DNA of 25,308 bases, taken from a virus (taxonomy: Duplodnaviria > Caudoviricetes). Below, in pieces: positions 6,135-15,413 of this stretch. The stretch lies in IMG/VR virus record IMGVR_UViG_3300025168_000607, positions 1 to 25,308 of that record; one strand, written 5' to 3'. The notes beneath the pieces were generated by a model. That model ran no database searches, was not told the origin of the DNA, and worked only from the letters and a program-made list of their open reading frames with translations. A program made the position numbers and the translations under genes. Numbering within the stretch: the first letter of the stretch is position 1; every line of letters starts with the position of its first letter.

Positions 6135-8144
6135 TTATGAAATATCAAATACGTTATATGTTAAATAAATATCTATGCTAGTAAAACAATTAGTTGTAAA
6201 TGCTGAGTCAACAGAAATTTCTACAGCTTTATTTACATCATCGGTTAAATTTTGTGATACCTCATAATAAGGCATTGCTGGTATTATATGAAAAACTCTA
6301 TCTCCACTCTCGTTATACATAAACCTTCTGAAATGAGCTAGTGCAGTCTGATTAATAGCCCCTGGCTCTTTATCTTCGTAATGAATGTTTACATCTGCAG
6401 AAGAATTACTTTGAGTAGAGGCTCTATCAATTCTTATCATTCCACCCGTAGGTACTATAACTGTATTAGCACCTTGAGCTGCTACTAATTCTATTGGCGT
6501 AGTATGTAAAGCGTTACAATTTGCTGTACTTAAAGTTACCTTAACCTGTTTCGTTATTGCAATACTCGAATGAAGAGATGTTATATTAGGTTGCGCAGCA
6601 GCAGTTGTGGCAGTGTTAGGTGCTAGCCCTGCTATCGTAGCTACAGTAGCTGCTTGACCTGTGCACGAACCTGACGATCCTGAAGCGTTACCCGTTAGGT
6701 TACCTGAGAAAGTTCCTGAAGTAGTCCCAGCTATAGTTGTATTACCAGAGCTATCAAATGTTATACAAGTTGTACCATCATCATCTTTTATATCGTTTCC
6801 ATCAACCTGAAGGTCACCAACTATAGTTGTTAGTGATGAACTTCCCAGTCCAACAGTGACATCTATTTCATCATTAGTGCTACCACCTGTTAAAGTAAGC
6901 CCAGTTCCTAAGTCGTCATCGTGATTAGCAACTTGCAACTCTAATATACCAGACTCCTCACCGTCTGTTGCAACATCAACTTTACCTTGAATCTGAGCAT
7001 AAGTTTGTTGTGGCACATCTTGGTCAGCGTTATCACCAATAAAACGAACCCTACCTAATACATCACCACTTGCCCCAGCATTACCCTCATCTGTTATAAA
7101 ATCTAAAGAACCACCTATGTGAGCAAACCCACCCGTACTTTTTATTTGAAATATAGGTTTACTAGTATTACTATCTGATAATATAAGTGTTCCACTAGTA
7201 AAGGTTAGATCAGATTCAGCTTGTATAGCTGACGTTCCGTTACCTGTAAGTAAAGCATTAGATGTTAAGGTTGTAGCTCCTGTACCACCTTTAGCTACTG
7301 TTACTGTATCTGATAAAGTAGATCCAGCAGCTGTAATTGTTATAGGTGCAGTACCATCAAAATCAACTCCATTAATTGCTCTAGCTGTTGCTAATGCCGT
7401 AGCAGTTGCTGCATTTCCAGAACAAGAAGCTGCTGTTACATTTAAAGAGTTTATATCCGCTTGAGTTTGATCTGCTGTAGCACTAGCCTCAATACCATCA
7501 AGTTTATCATGGTGTGCAATAGACATAAGACCTTCTGCTGATCCTGTAGCCTCTGAGTAAGTAGTATTGGTATCTGTAGATGCTATGGTTATATTGTCAG
7601 CATCAGTATGAGTTAAGGTTACGTTAGATCCTGCAACAAACTTTATATCGTCTGTTCCTGATCCAGCCCCACCTGTTGTATTTCTTAATAAAATATCATC
7701 AGAGCTATCAACAAAAGAAAGAGTGGTTGTGTTTTGGGTGTTAGTATCTGCAGTCATGTCATCAACAACAAAGTCGATTCTACCGTTAGTGTCATCATAA
7801 GTAACTCCAATCCTTGTTTCAGTTCCTACAAGCATTCCTCCAACAATATCCTGAACTTGCTCTGAAGTTAATACTGTATCAGAAGCACTAAGCTCAACCT
7901 CTGCAACCTCGTTACTTTTATAGTATAATTTTCCGTCTGCAGATTTAGTGTATATAATACCACCATCACCATCAACAGGAGTTGTTGGGGCATTTACAGC
8001 TTCTCTTGTTCTAAGGTTATCAGCTTTTACGTCTCCGTAAAAATCAAAAAGGCTACGTTGTAGCCTTTTCTTCATTACTTTCATTACCTTAGTTCCGTAA
8101 TCAGTGACTACTTCTCCTATGGACCTCTTAAGGGATGATTTCAT
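6135..8144 (-). CDS. Tail fibre-like protein
   Basis: 669 aa T/G/S/D-rich; fibre motifs GLMS...KLDGIE, ATATALATARAINGVDFDGT, VAKGGTGATT, AAQPNITS. Confidence 0.8.
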   Translation of the reverse strand: MKSSLKRSIGEVVTDYGTKVMKVMKKRLQRSLFDFYGDVKADNLRTREAVNAPTTPVDGDGGIIYTKSADGKLYYKSNEVAEVELSASDTVLTSEQVQDIVGGMLVGTETRIGVTYDDTNGRIDFVVDDMTADTNTQNTTTLSFVDSSDDILLRNTTGGAGSGTDDIKFVAGSNVTLTHTDADNITIASTDTNTTYSEATGSAEGLMSIAHHDKLDGIEASATADQTQADINSLNVTAASCSGNAATATALATARAINGVDFDGTAPITITAAGSTLSDTVTVAKGGTGATTLTSNALLTGNGTSAIQAESDLTFTSGTLILSDSNTSKPIFQIKSTGGFAHIGGSLDFITDEGNAGASGDVLGRVRFIGDNADQDVPQQTYAQIQGKVDVATDGEESGILELQVANHDDDLGTGLTLTGGSTNDEIDVTVGLGSSSLTTIVGDLQVDGNDIKDDDGTTCITFDSSGNTTIAGTTSGTFSGNLTGNASGSSGSCTGQAATVATIAGLAPNTATTAAAQPNITSLHSSIAITKQVKVTLSTANCNALHTTPIELVAAQGANTVIVPTGGMIRIDRASTQSNSSADVNIHYEDKEPGAINQTALAHFRRFMYNESGDRVFHIIPAMPYYEVSQNLTDDVNKAVEISVDSAFTTNCFTSIDIYLTYNVFDIS

Positions 8145-8435
8145 TTATTTTCCTTTCATGTAGGCTCCTTTACCAGCCATCTTTACTTTAGATCCATGTT
8201 TAGCCATTTTTACTTTTGAACCATACATAGCCTTCATTTTTTTTAAAGCACCACCATTCTTCATTTTACCTTTCCCATCATTAGCATAGAATGGAACCAT
8301 TTTACCATCAGGACCTTTAACCATTTTTAATTTACCTCCATCTTTATACTTAGGCATTTTACCACCATCAGCATACATAGACATTGTTTTCTTTTTTATT
8401 GATGCACCGCCTGGTGCTTTTTTAATTGCTTTCAT
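8145..8435 (-). CDS. Lys/Met/Gly-rich basic protein with repeated xxGG motifs
   Basis: 96 aa; APGG, YADGG, YKDGG, MKNGG, GSKVKMA x2. Confidence 0.8.
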   Translation of the reverse strand: MKAIKKAPGGASIKKKTMSMYADGGKMPKYKDGGKLKMVKGPDGKMVPFYANDGKGKMKNGGALKKMKAMYGSKVKMAKHGSKVKMAGKGAYMKGK

Positions 8436-8436
8436 T

Positions 8437-8760
8437 TTAAAGTTCTTCTTTGCCTTCTAAGACGTTATAAAATTTATCTACCAACCTCCTGGTTTTACCT
8501 GTAACACGATACTGGTTGGGTTGGTTTGATTTCCAGGCTCGTTTTTCAAATACAAAAATGTAATCCCTTTTAACTAGTTCAGGAAACATCTTGTCATTAA
8601 ATATTTGACTAATGTACATGTTTTCTCTTACAAACCTTTTAGTAAAAGATTTCTTTTCATCATTTATAAAAAGAAGAAACCTTATTTGGTTATCTGTAAG
8701 ATTGTACTTTCTTTTGAAGGAGTACAAGGTATCGCTAAGATACTTCAGGTAATTCCTCAT
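8437..8760 (-). CDS. Winged-helix (MarR-like) DNA-binding protein
   Basis: LTDNQIRFLLFI...ELVKRDYI...YRVTGKTRRLV pattern typical of wHTH proteins. Confidence 0.65.
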   Translation of the reverse strand: MRNYLKYLSDTLYSFKRKYNLTDNQIRFLLFINDEKKSFTKRFVRENMYISQIFNDKMFPELVKRDYIFVFEKRAWKSNQPNQYRVTGKTRRLVDKFYNVLEGKEEL

Positions 8761-8780
8761 TGGCTTAGATTAAATTAGTT

Positions 8781-8826
8781 CAAAGATAATAATTTTATTA
8801 TAATTAAAAAATTATCATTACATTTG
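8781..8826. promoter_or_regulatory. Back-to-back promoters for the two late operons
   Basis: Minus strand TATCTTTG (8788-8781) and plus strand TACATTTG (8819-8826), both exact TAnnTTTG. Confidence 0.8.
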
Positions 8827-8857
8827 CGTATAAAATAAAAATTTAAAATAAAATATT

Positions 8858-9232
8858 ATGGCTTTATCAGGAGCAAAATTCCAAGAAGCAAGTTTAGGTC
8901 AGTATGGATCTAGTTATCTAGATAATGATGGAGATGTTTGTGACTTAAATGGATCTTCTGCAACAAGATATGTGTGTTCTATAACTTTTTTAGAGGATAC
9001 ACAATTTCAAGCTTTAGAAAACTTAGGAGGTGAAATAGGTTCCTTTAGTACTGTTACTGCAGAAAATAATCATGATGATGCAACAAATGGTTTTGGGGAA
9101 GCTGGCAACGCTACAGATTTAAGTGTAGGTGCTAGTGGTCAAATCTTTCCAAAAGGTATTACTGTTTTTGGTAGATGGGATTATGTCGAGCTTCACTCAG
9201 GAGCTTGTATTTGTTATTTCGCACCAGTATAG
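8858..9232 (+). CDS. Hypothetical protein, likely virion
   Basis: 124 aa; C-terminal FPKGITVFGRW...LHSG pattern. Confidence 0.8.
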   Translation: MALSGAKFQEASLGQYGSSYLDNDGDVCDLNGSSATRYVCSITFLEDTQFQALENLGGEIGSFSTVTAENNHDDATNGFGEAGNATDLSVGASGQIFPKGITVFGRWDYVELHSGACICYFAPV

Positions 9233-9235
9233 TAT

Positions 9236-10429
9236 ATGCTTAGTCTTGCAAGTAACATATCATCTACTCAAGCAGTAGAAGCTAAGTATAGTGCCGTATT
9301 TGATGGTACTGACGATTTTGTTGACTGTGGTTTAATAGACTTCAATACAAATGACTTTTCTGTTTCTTGCTGGATTAAAGTAAGAGAGTGGACTCAATAT
9401 AGTGTTATATGGGGTAATAGAAGTGATAGTAGTACAAATAATATAGGTGTAGCACTAAGAACTACAGGTGTTACTGGAGAGTTACAATTATTTTCTGATT
9501 GGGGTACTCCTACTGACTCATCTATTGTCACAGGTGTTCCAGCTGATACTTGGGTCCATGTAGTTTGCACAGGCGATAGAGATGGAAATCAAGTTATATA
9601 TTTAAATCATGATGATGCTACAACTACAACAGATATATCAGATCGTTCCTCTGTTGATTTTACAAGTAATTTAGAGTTTAGGATAGGTAGGAGTCATGGT
9701 ACTCTTTATCATAATATGTCTATTAGTCAACTAGGAATATGGAATGTAGTTCTATCAGCTAACGCTGTAGAAGCTTTATATAATAATGGTAAGCCTATAA
9801 ATTTAAGAATTAATCAAGGAAACTACACTAGTAGTTCTGCCTTGCAACAATACTATAAATTTGGTAATGGCTCATTTGATGATAAAGCAAATGGTATAAT
9901 TCACGATCAAGATAATCCTGGGTTTACATCAGAGTTGTTAAAGACTCCAGACTTTAGTAACTCTGGAACTTTATCTACTACTACTTTATCAAGTCTTGGT
10001 TACAACTTGCAAACTAGTGGTAGTGGAGCTACTACAGCTGTTGTGCAGAACGGAGAGTTAACTATTAACGTTACAACTCCTGATGGTAACGCTGGTAGAG
10101 TTTTTATGCAGTGTGCTGATGGAGTAACGTTGACAGAAGGTAATAGATATAAAGCAACCTACACTATTGTTTCTACCAGTGACTTTGATGGTTCAGATCA
10201 TTTTAGTATTTGGGATGGTAACTCTTATGAAACAGTATCTCATGCTGTTGGAACTAACGTGGTGTACTTTGCTTGGACTGGAGTTGATAGAACTAGTCTT
10301 CCTATGCAGTTAGCTGGACAAAATAGTGGTGCTGCTGGTATAGTTTTTAGTGATTTATCTTTAGTAAAATTAAATGGAAATCCAGGTATAACATCTGGTG
10401 GTATTACATTCTCATCTGATACTCCTTAA
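9236..10429 (+). CDS. LamG/concanavalin A-like domain protein (virion-associated)
   Basis: FDGTDDFV, FSVSCWIK, TWVHVVCT, IYLN, FRIG, IWNVVLS...LYN motifs; second beta-sandwich at the C-terminus. Confidence 0.85.
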   Translation: MLSLASNISSTQAVEAKYSAVFDGTDDFVDCGLIDFNTNDFSVSCWIKVREWTQYSVIWGNRSDSSTNNIGVALRTTGVTGELQLFSDWGTPTDSSIVTGVPADTWVHVVCTGDRDGNQVIYLNHDDATTTTDISDRSSVDFTSNLEFRIGRSHGTLYHNMSISQLGIWNVVLSANAVEALYNNGKPINLRINQGNYTSSSALQQYYKFGNGSFDDKANGIIHDQDNPGFTSELLKTPDFSNSGTLSTTTLSSLGYNLQTSGSGATTAVVQNGELTINVTTPDGNAGRVFMQCADGVTLTEGNRYKATYTIVSTSDFDGSDHFSIWDGNSYETVSHAVGTNVVYFAWTGVDRTSLPMQLAGQNSGAAGIVFSDLSLVKLNGNPGITSGGITFSSDTP

Positions 10430-10432
10430 ATT

Positions 10433-10672
10433 ATGGTTACATACGTTATAATAGATACAACAGAAATTACAGATGAAAACTCTGTTATAGATTTTTCTAA
10501 GCTTATAAATAGAAATGATGCTATGTTAAGATATAGTCTTGACGGGACTAAAGCTTTAGTAAAGTATAGTGGTGAGCAGCCATCTTTTTTAAGTGGTAAA
10601 ACAACATACACTCATGATCAGATAAAGGTTGAGATGGCTAGCTCAGAGTGGCATACAGATACAGAAGAATAA
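10433..10672 (+). CDS. Small hypothetical protein following LamG gene
   Basis: 79 aa, LRYSLDGTKALVKY...SEW; tightly packed. Confidence 0.8.
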   Translation: MVTYVIIDTTEITDENSVIDFSKLINRNDAMLRYSLDGTKALVKYSGEQPSFLSGKTTYTHDQIKVEMASSEWHTDTEE

Positions 10673-10673
10673 A

Positions 10674-10886
10674 ATGGAAATATTTAAAAACGATAACGCT
10701 TGGAATGAAAAGGCTATAGTTGGATTTATAGCTTTTGCAATAATGTGTTTGATAATGATAGCTGACCTTGTTACAGGGTGGGTTGGATCAGACCTAGTAA
10801 TAAACGAGTTTGTATACGATTCATTTGTTTGGGTTGTGTTAGGCTCGTTTGGTATTTCTGGGGTAGAGAAATTCGCTAATAAATAA
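10674..10886 (+). CDS. Two-TM membrane protein, holin-like (start revised from 10629)
   Basis: ATG 1 nt after the previous stop; two hydrophobic segments, ends GISGVEKFANK. Confidence 0.75.
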   Translation: MEIFKNDNAWNEKAIVGFIAFAIMCLIMIADLVTGWVGSDLVINEFVYDSFVWVVLGSFGISGVEKFANK

Positions 10887-10889
10887 GAT

Positions 10890-11063
10890 ATGGCTAAAGC
10901 AGTTAAGAAATCAAAAGGTCTAACAGATAGACAAAAGGCAACTATGAAGAAACATTCAGTTCATCATACTGCTAAACACATGGCTTCTATGAAAAAAGCT
11001 ATGCTGTCTGGAAAGTCTTTTACTGAAGCTCACAAATTAGCAATGAAACAAGTTGGAAAATAA
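10890..11063 (+). CDS. Basic His/Met-rich 57 aa protein (absent from ORF track)
   Basis: MAKAVKKSKGLTDRQKATMKKHSVHHTAKHMASMKKAMLSGKSFTEAHKLAMKQVGK; fills the gap exactly; TAATG overlap with next gene. Confidence 0.85.
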   Translation: MAKAVKKSKGLTDRQKATMKKHSVHHTAKHMASMKKAMLSGKSFTEAHKLAMKQVGK

Positions 11064-11269
11064 TGCATAAAGGTTGTACTTGTAAAGCTGTAAAGCGAAA
11101 GAAAAAAGTTAAAAGTATGAAGAAGGGTGGCTCTGTAAAAGATGCTTGCTATCACAAGGTAGTATCTAGATACGGACCTAAGACTTCAGCTTATAGAAGT
11201 GGTGCAATGGCTAAGTGTCGAAAAGTAGGTGCTGCTAACTGGGGTGAAGGTGGTAAGAAAAAGAAATAA
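11063..11269 (+). CDS. Small basic protein
   Basis: 68 aa; KDACYHKV...SAYRSGAMAKCRKVGAANWG; TAATG coupling on both sides. Confidence 0.85.
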   Translation: MHKGCTCKAVKRKKKVKSMKKGGSVKDACYHKVVSRYGPKTSAYRSGAMAKCRKVGAANWGEGGKKKK

Positions 11270-11535
11270 TGGCAGTTAGAAAGACGGCAGCAGGTTTACG
11301 ACTTAAACGCTGGTTCAAAGAAGACTGGCGTACACCCAAAGGTAAAAAAGATTATAAGGGCGGAGAAAATACTTTTCGCCCTACTAAAAGAATTAGTAAA
11401 AAAACACCTACAACCTGGAGTGAGCTTACACCTAGTGAGAAGCGTAGAGCTCAAAAAGAAAAAAACACAAAAGGTAGAGTGTCTAAGTATAAAAGAAAAA
11501 GAAAAGTTAAAGCTGTTCGTAAGAGTAAAAGATAA
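11269..11535 (+). CDS. Basic protein, DUF5872-like
   Basis: LKRWFKEDW...RPTKRISKKTPTTWSEL; family name from memory. Confidence 0.75.
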   Translation: MAVRKTAAGLRLKRWFKEDWRTPKGKKDYKGGENTFRPTKRISKKTPTTWSELTPSEKRRAQKEKNTKGRVSKYKRKRKVKAVRKSKR

Positions 11536-11843
11536 TGGCTAAGGTAATAAAAAAAGCAAAAAAAGGTATGGGTATAAAAACCAGTATTAAGTCTGGTAAT
11601 TTTAGACCTACTAAAAAAGGTGCTGGTATGACACAAAAAGGTGTCAAAGCTTATAGACGTGCAAATCCTGGTAGCAAACTTAAAACTGCTGTAACTGGTA
11701 AAGTTAAAAAAGGTAGTAAGGCAGCTAAAAGAAGAAAATCTTATTGTGCTAGATCTTTAGGTCAACTAAAGCGTAGTAGTGCAAAAACTAGAAATAACCC
11801 TAACTCAAGAATCCGACAAGCACGAAGACGATGGAAATGCTAA
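11535..11843 (+). CDS. Basic protein, DUF6321-like
   Basis: GMTQKGVKAYRRANPGSKLKTAV...RRKSYCARS...RQARRRWKC; family name from memory. Confidence 0.78.
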   Translation: MAKVIKKAKKGMGIKTSIKSGNFRPTKKGAGMTQKGVKAYRRANPGSKLKTAVTGKVKKGSKAAKRRKSYCARSLGQLKRSSAKTRNNPNSRIRQARRRWKC

Positions 11844-14320
11844 CCAGACTAATTATTTTATTTACGCTTATTTCCACAAGCGTTTACTCTCAAGACAGTA
11901 TATTTGTAGATTGCAATGGAACACCATCTCCAGACAACTGGTTAGGTGATGGTTTTTGCGATGACGGTTCTTACACGTGGAATGGAAATCCTATAAACTT
12001 TAACTGTGAAGAGTTTAATTATGACGCAGGAGATTGTCCTTTGCCTATAGATACAATTCAAGGTTGCATGAATATGTTGGCCTTAAATTACAATCCTGAA
12101 GCAAATGTTGAAGATTTTAGCTGTGAGTTTCCTGTGTTTGGATGTACAGACCCAGAAGCTCCTAACTTTAACCCTTGGGCTGAAGAAGACGACAACAGTT
12201 GTGTTGGTGTAAGCTGTTCTGACGGTGAAGCTAAAATAATTCTTGAAATTACTTTAGATCAGTATCCAGGTGAAACAGGATGGATATTAACAGATTTATC
12301 TAATGGACAATCTGTAGAAAGTGTAATAGCTGGTGAGTACTCTTACGAACAATCTAATCAAACTATTGTATACGATTTATGTGTACCTGAAACTGGTGTA
12401 GAGCTTATATTAAGTGACGTATACGGTGACGGGCTTGAAGGGTCTTTATACGGTGGTGGTACAGATGGAGATTTTATAATACTTGGTGACGCAGAGCCTT
12501 GTGGTAGTTTAGATACTTTATGGTCTTTAGATTCGGCTTCTTTTGGTAGCACTGCTTATTCAGGTCCTATATGGTTAGAGCAATGTGATTTACCTATTGT
12601 AGAGGGGTGCACAAATAACACGTATATAGATTTTAATCCTTTTGCTAACTTTGATGATGGTAGTTGTGAAACATTACACACGTTAGGGTGTTTAAATTTT
12701 AATTCATATAATTATAATCCTAACGCTACATTAAACGAAATCATACCTACATGTAACTACACTCTTATTATAGAGGATGACGGTGGTGACGGTTGGGGTG
12801 ATTGCTATATAGGTGTAGTACAAGAGGATAGTATTCTTGGTACATATACTATGGGACCTGGATCTTACTCGCAAGAGTTTGGTATAACTTTAGAAACAGA
12901 TAAGCCTGTTAAGGTTTATTACTTTGAGATAGCTAATCTACAAACCCCTCCTGCAGAAGTCGCTTTTCAGACTATGCACAACTCATTTAGACTTATTAAT
13001 TCAGATGATATTGTAACACTGCAAGGTGGTATGTACCCATTTGCAAACAATGGGGCAGGAGCTTTAAAAGCATACGCTCCACCTTTTTGGCAAGTATATA
13101 CTGGTCTTCCATTTTGTGGAGATTATTGTATACCTACAGTGTACGGGTGTTTGGATGAACAATCATTAAACTACAATCCTGAAGCTAATACTTCTGATGA
13201 TAGCTGTATAGAGATTGTAGAAGGTTGTACCTCACCCTTTGCGTTTAATTATAATGAAAGTGCTAATGTAGATGATGAAAGTTGTGAGGCTGTTGTTATT
13301 GGTTGTATGAATAATCAGGCTTGGAATTATAATCCTGAAGCTAATACAGCAGACGAGTCTTGTTTATACTTTGGTTGTACTGATCAGTTAGCTCTTAATT
13401 ACGATAGCACTGCTAACGTAAATAATGACAACTGTATATATCCTATTCCTGGTTGTATTGATCCAGAAGCTTTTAACTTTGAGGTTGAAGCTAACGTTAA
13501 TGACGGTAGTTGCATCCCCGTTATAATAGGATGTATGGATCCTACAATGTATAACTATAATGAAGAAGCGAACACAGCAAGCGATAATTGCATTCCTTTT
13601 ATATTTGGGTGCAGTGATTCTACTGCATTTAATTATGACCCTGTTGCTAACACCGATAATGGGTCGTGTATTCCAATAACTCCTGGTTGTACTGATCCAA
13701 ATGCCTTTAATTACGATTTAGAAGCCAATACAGAGGACTTTTCTTGTGTAGATGTAGTGTATGGATGTACAGATGAAAACGCTTTTAATTACGATATTTT
13801 AGCTAATACAGATAATAGTGGTTGTATAGATGTATTAGAAGGCTGTATGGATCCGTTTGGATATAATTATGACGCAGTATATAATACAGATGATGGTAGT
13901 TGTTTGTATGACGCAGGGTGCATAGGAGGACCTGGTATTCCCTATTGGTTAAACGACACATGTTATGCTTGGGTTATTACAATAGACCCTTATTGCTGTA
14001 ATAATGAGTGGGATGATAAGTGTCAGCAAATATATTGGAGCTGCTCTTGGGATAGCCCTCTAGATACGAGAGATTTACTTAGAGGACACAATATAGTTAT
14101 GTACCCTAATCCTATGGGTGGCGTATTAAATATATTAATAAATGATCCTGTATCAATAAAGGTGTATGATATATCAGGAAAACTTGTAATACGAGTTAAA
14201 GAAAGTCAAACACATAAAGGTTTAAATCAATTAGATGTAAGTTTATTACCTTCTGGAGTATATAATTTTAGCGTAACATATAATGGTAATACTAGTACAA
14301 CAAAAGTATTAAAGAGATGA
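11831..14320 (+). CDS. Secreted Cys-rich protein with LNR-like domain, GCxD repeats and T9SS type A C-terminal sorting domain
   Basis: Signal peptide ending VYS|Q; WLGDGFCD...NCEEFNYDAGDC; about 14 GCxD repeats; C-terminal MYPNP...VYDISGK...LDVSLLPSGVY...TKVLKR. Confidence 0.9.
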   Translation: MEMLTRLIILFTLISTSVYSQDSIFVDCNGTPSPDNWLGDGFCDDGSYTWNGNPINFNCEEFNYDAGDCPLPIDTIQGCMNMLALNYNPEANVEDFSCEFPVFGCTDPEAPNFNPWAEEDDNSCVGVSCSDGEAKIILEITLDQYPGETGWILTDLSNGQSVESVIAGEYSYEQSNQTIVYDLCVPETGVELILSDVYGDGLEGSLYGGGTDGDFIILGDAEPCGSLDTLWSLDSASFGSTAYSGPIWLEQCDLPIVEGCTNNTYIDFNPFANFDDGSCETLHTLGCLNFNSYNYNPNATLNEIIPTCNYTLIIEDDGGDGWGDCYIGVVQEDSILGTYTMGPGSYSQEFGITLETDKPVKVYYFEIANLQTPPAEVAFQTMHNSFRLINSDDIVTLQGGMYPFANNGAGALKAYAPPFWQVYTGLPFCGDYCIPTVYGCLDEQSLNYNPEANTSDDSCIEIVEGCTSPFAFNYNESANVDDESCEAVVIGCMNNQAWNYNPEANTADESCLYFGCTDQLALNYDSTANVNNDNCIYPIPGCIDPEAFNFEVEANVNDGSCIPVIIGCMDPTMYNYNEEANTASDNCIPFIFGCSDSTAFNYDPVANTDNGSCIPITPGCTDPNAFNYDLEANTEDFSCVDVVYGCTDENAFNYDILANTDNSGCIDVLEGCMDPFGYNYDAVYNTDDGSCLYDAGCIGGPGIPYWLNDTCYAWVITIDPYCCNNEWDDKCQQIYWSCSWDSPLDTRDLLRGHNIVMYPNPMGGVLNILINDPVSIKVYDISGKLVIRVKESQTHKGLNQLDVSLLPSGVYNFSVTYNGNTSTTKVLKR
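13145..13903 (+). repeat. Ten tandem ~26-aa GC[TML]DxxAxNYxxxANxDDxSC repeats
   Basis: Read directly from the translation. Confidence 0.9.
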
Positions 14321-15411
14321 AGAAATTAAAAGAATTTTTTAAACCTGACGTTGCGTATTTATCATTTTGGTTAGCCTTAGTTTTATTTTACACTATATTT
14401 TTTAGCATGGTGTCATCTTGTAACGCTCAAGGTTTAAATAAAATACTTAAATATTCTACTTTTTACGCAGCAGTTAATGGTGGCACATCACTAGGTGACA
14501 ATCAAATATGGTCTGTAACATCTGGGGCATTAGAAGAAGAAACTATTAAAACTCCTTTTGATTATAACATATCTGTTGGTATTAGAAAGATAAAAAGATT
14601 TGGATATGAAAATAGAGCGAATACATTCTACAACGGTACTGAGAACTCATACTCAGACGCAGCGACATTAGGTCGGTTAGATGGCTTTGAATATTTATTT
14701 GAAGCTGATCTTGTGAGACGGTTAGGCGTTAACTATGTAAACCAGAATCACTTTATAAGATATGTTGCAGATAGCTGGGTAGCCAAGGTGGCATACCTTG
14801 AGGATGGATTCGCTGATATTAAATACTTCGAGGCTTCTGAAAGATTTCGGTTAAAGGTAAGGGATGGCAAGCTTTCGTTGAACGGGGGTTTAGTACAAAG
14901 GCTTGCCGAACCTTACGGTTTTAATCCTTTAGCAGACTGGGTTCTTGATAACGGAACTTTACATTACACTTACCTAGCTCTACAAGAAGGGTACAACATC
15001 AACCTAGAGGGGGAGTATTTTTCTCCTAACGGAGCTCTTGTAGCAAACAGTCAAGAAGTATGGGAAGAAGTTGTTATACCACAAGTTATAAATAATTATG
15101 TAGAAAAACAAAGAAACTCTATATCTAATATAGTTGAGTATTCTTTTGTTATGGGTTTAGACTATTATCATTTTACAAAAGACTTCTGGTTTCACACTTG
15201 GGGTAATATTATGCCATATCACTTAGACACTAAGAATACTTACTCTTATCATAAGTTTAATGAAGGTCAGTGGGTTGACTATTCTTTAGGTTTAATTTAT
15301 GGTTATAGATTTAATAAAAGTTTTGGTATATTTGTGGAGGGAAGGTACAATAAGTATTGGAACAGACAGTGGCATAACTTTAGTGTTGGACTTAATTATG
15401 TAATATTTTAA
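14317..15411 (+). CDS. Probable outer-membrane beta-barrel protein
   Basis: N-terminal hydrophobic signal, aromatic-rich alternating strands, C-terminal beta-signal-like FSVGLNYVIF; ATGA overlap with upstream gene. Confidence 0.75.
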   Translation: MKKLKEFFKPDVAYLSFWLALVLFYTIFFSMVSSCNAQGLNKILKYSTFYAAVNGGTSLGDNQIWSVTSGALEEETIKTPFDYNISVGIRKIKRFGYENRANTFYNGTENSYSDAATLGRLDGFEYLFEADLVRRLGVNYVNQNHFIRYVADSWVAKVAYLEDGFADIKYFEASERFRLKVRDGKLSLNGGLVQRLAEPYGFNPLADWVLDNGTLHYTYLALQEGYNINLEGEYFSPNGALVANSQEVWEEVVIPQVINNYVEKQRNSISNIVEYSFVMGLDYYHFTKDFWFHTWGNIMPYHLDTKNTYSYHKFNEGQWVDYSLGLIYGYRFNKSFGIFVEGRYNKYWNRQWHNFSVGLNYVIF

Positions 15412-15413
15412 AA

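Noticed and set aside
13145-13903. Repeats as DGR template/variable regions
   Set aside because: Protein-level repeats diverged at all bases, not adenine-specific; no reverse transcriptase in the window
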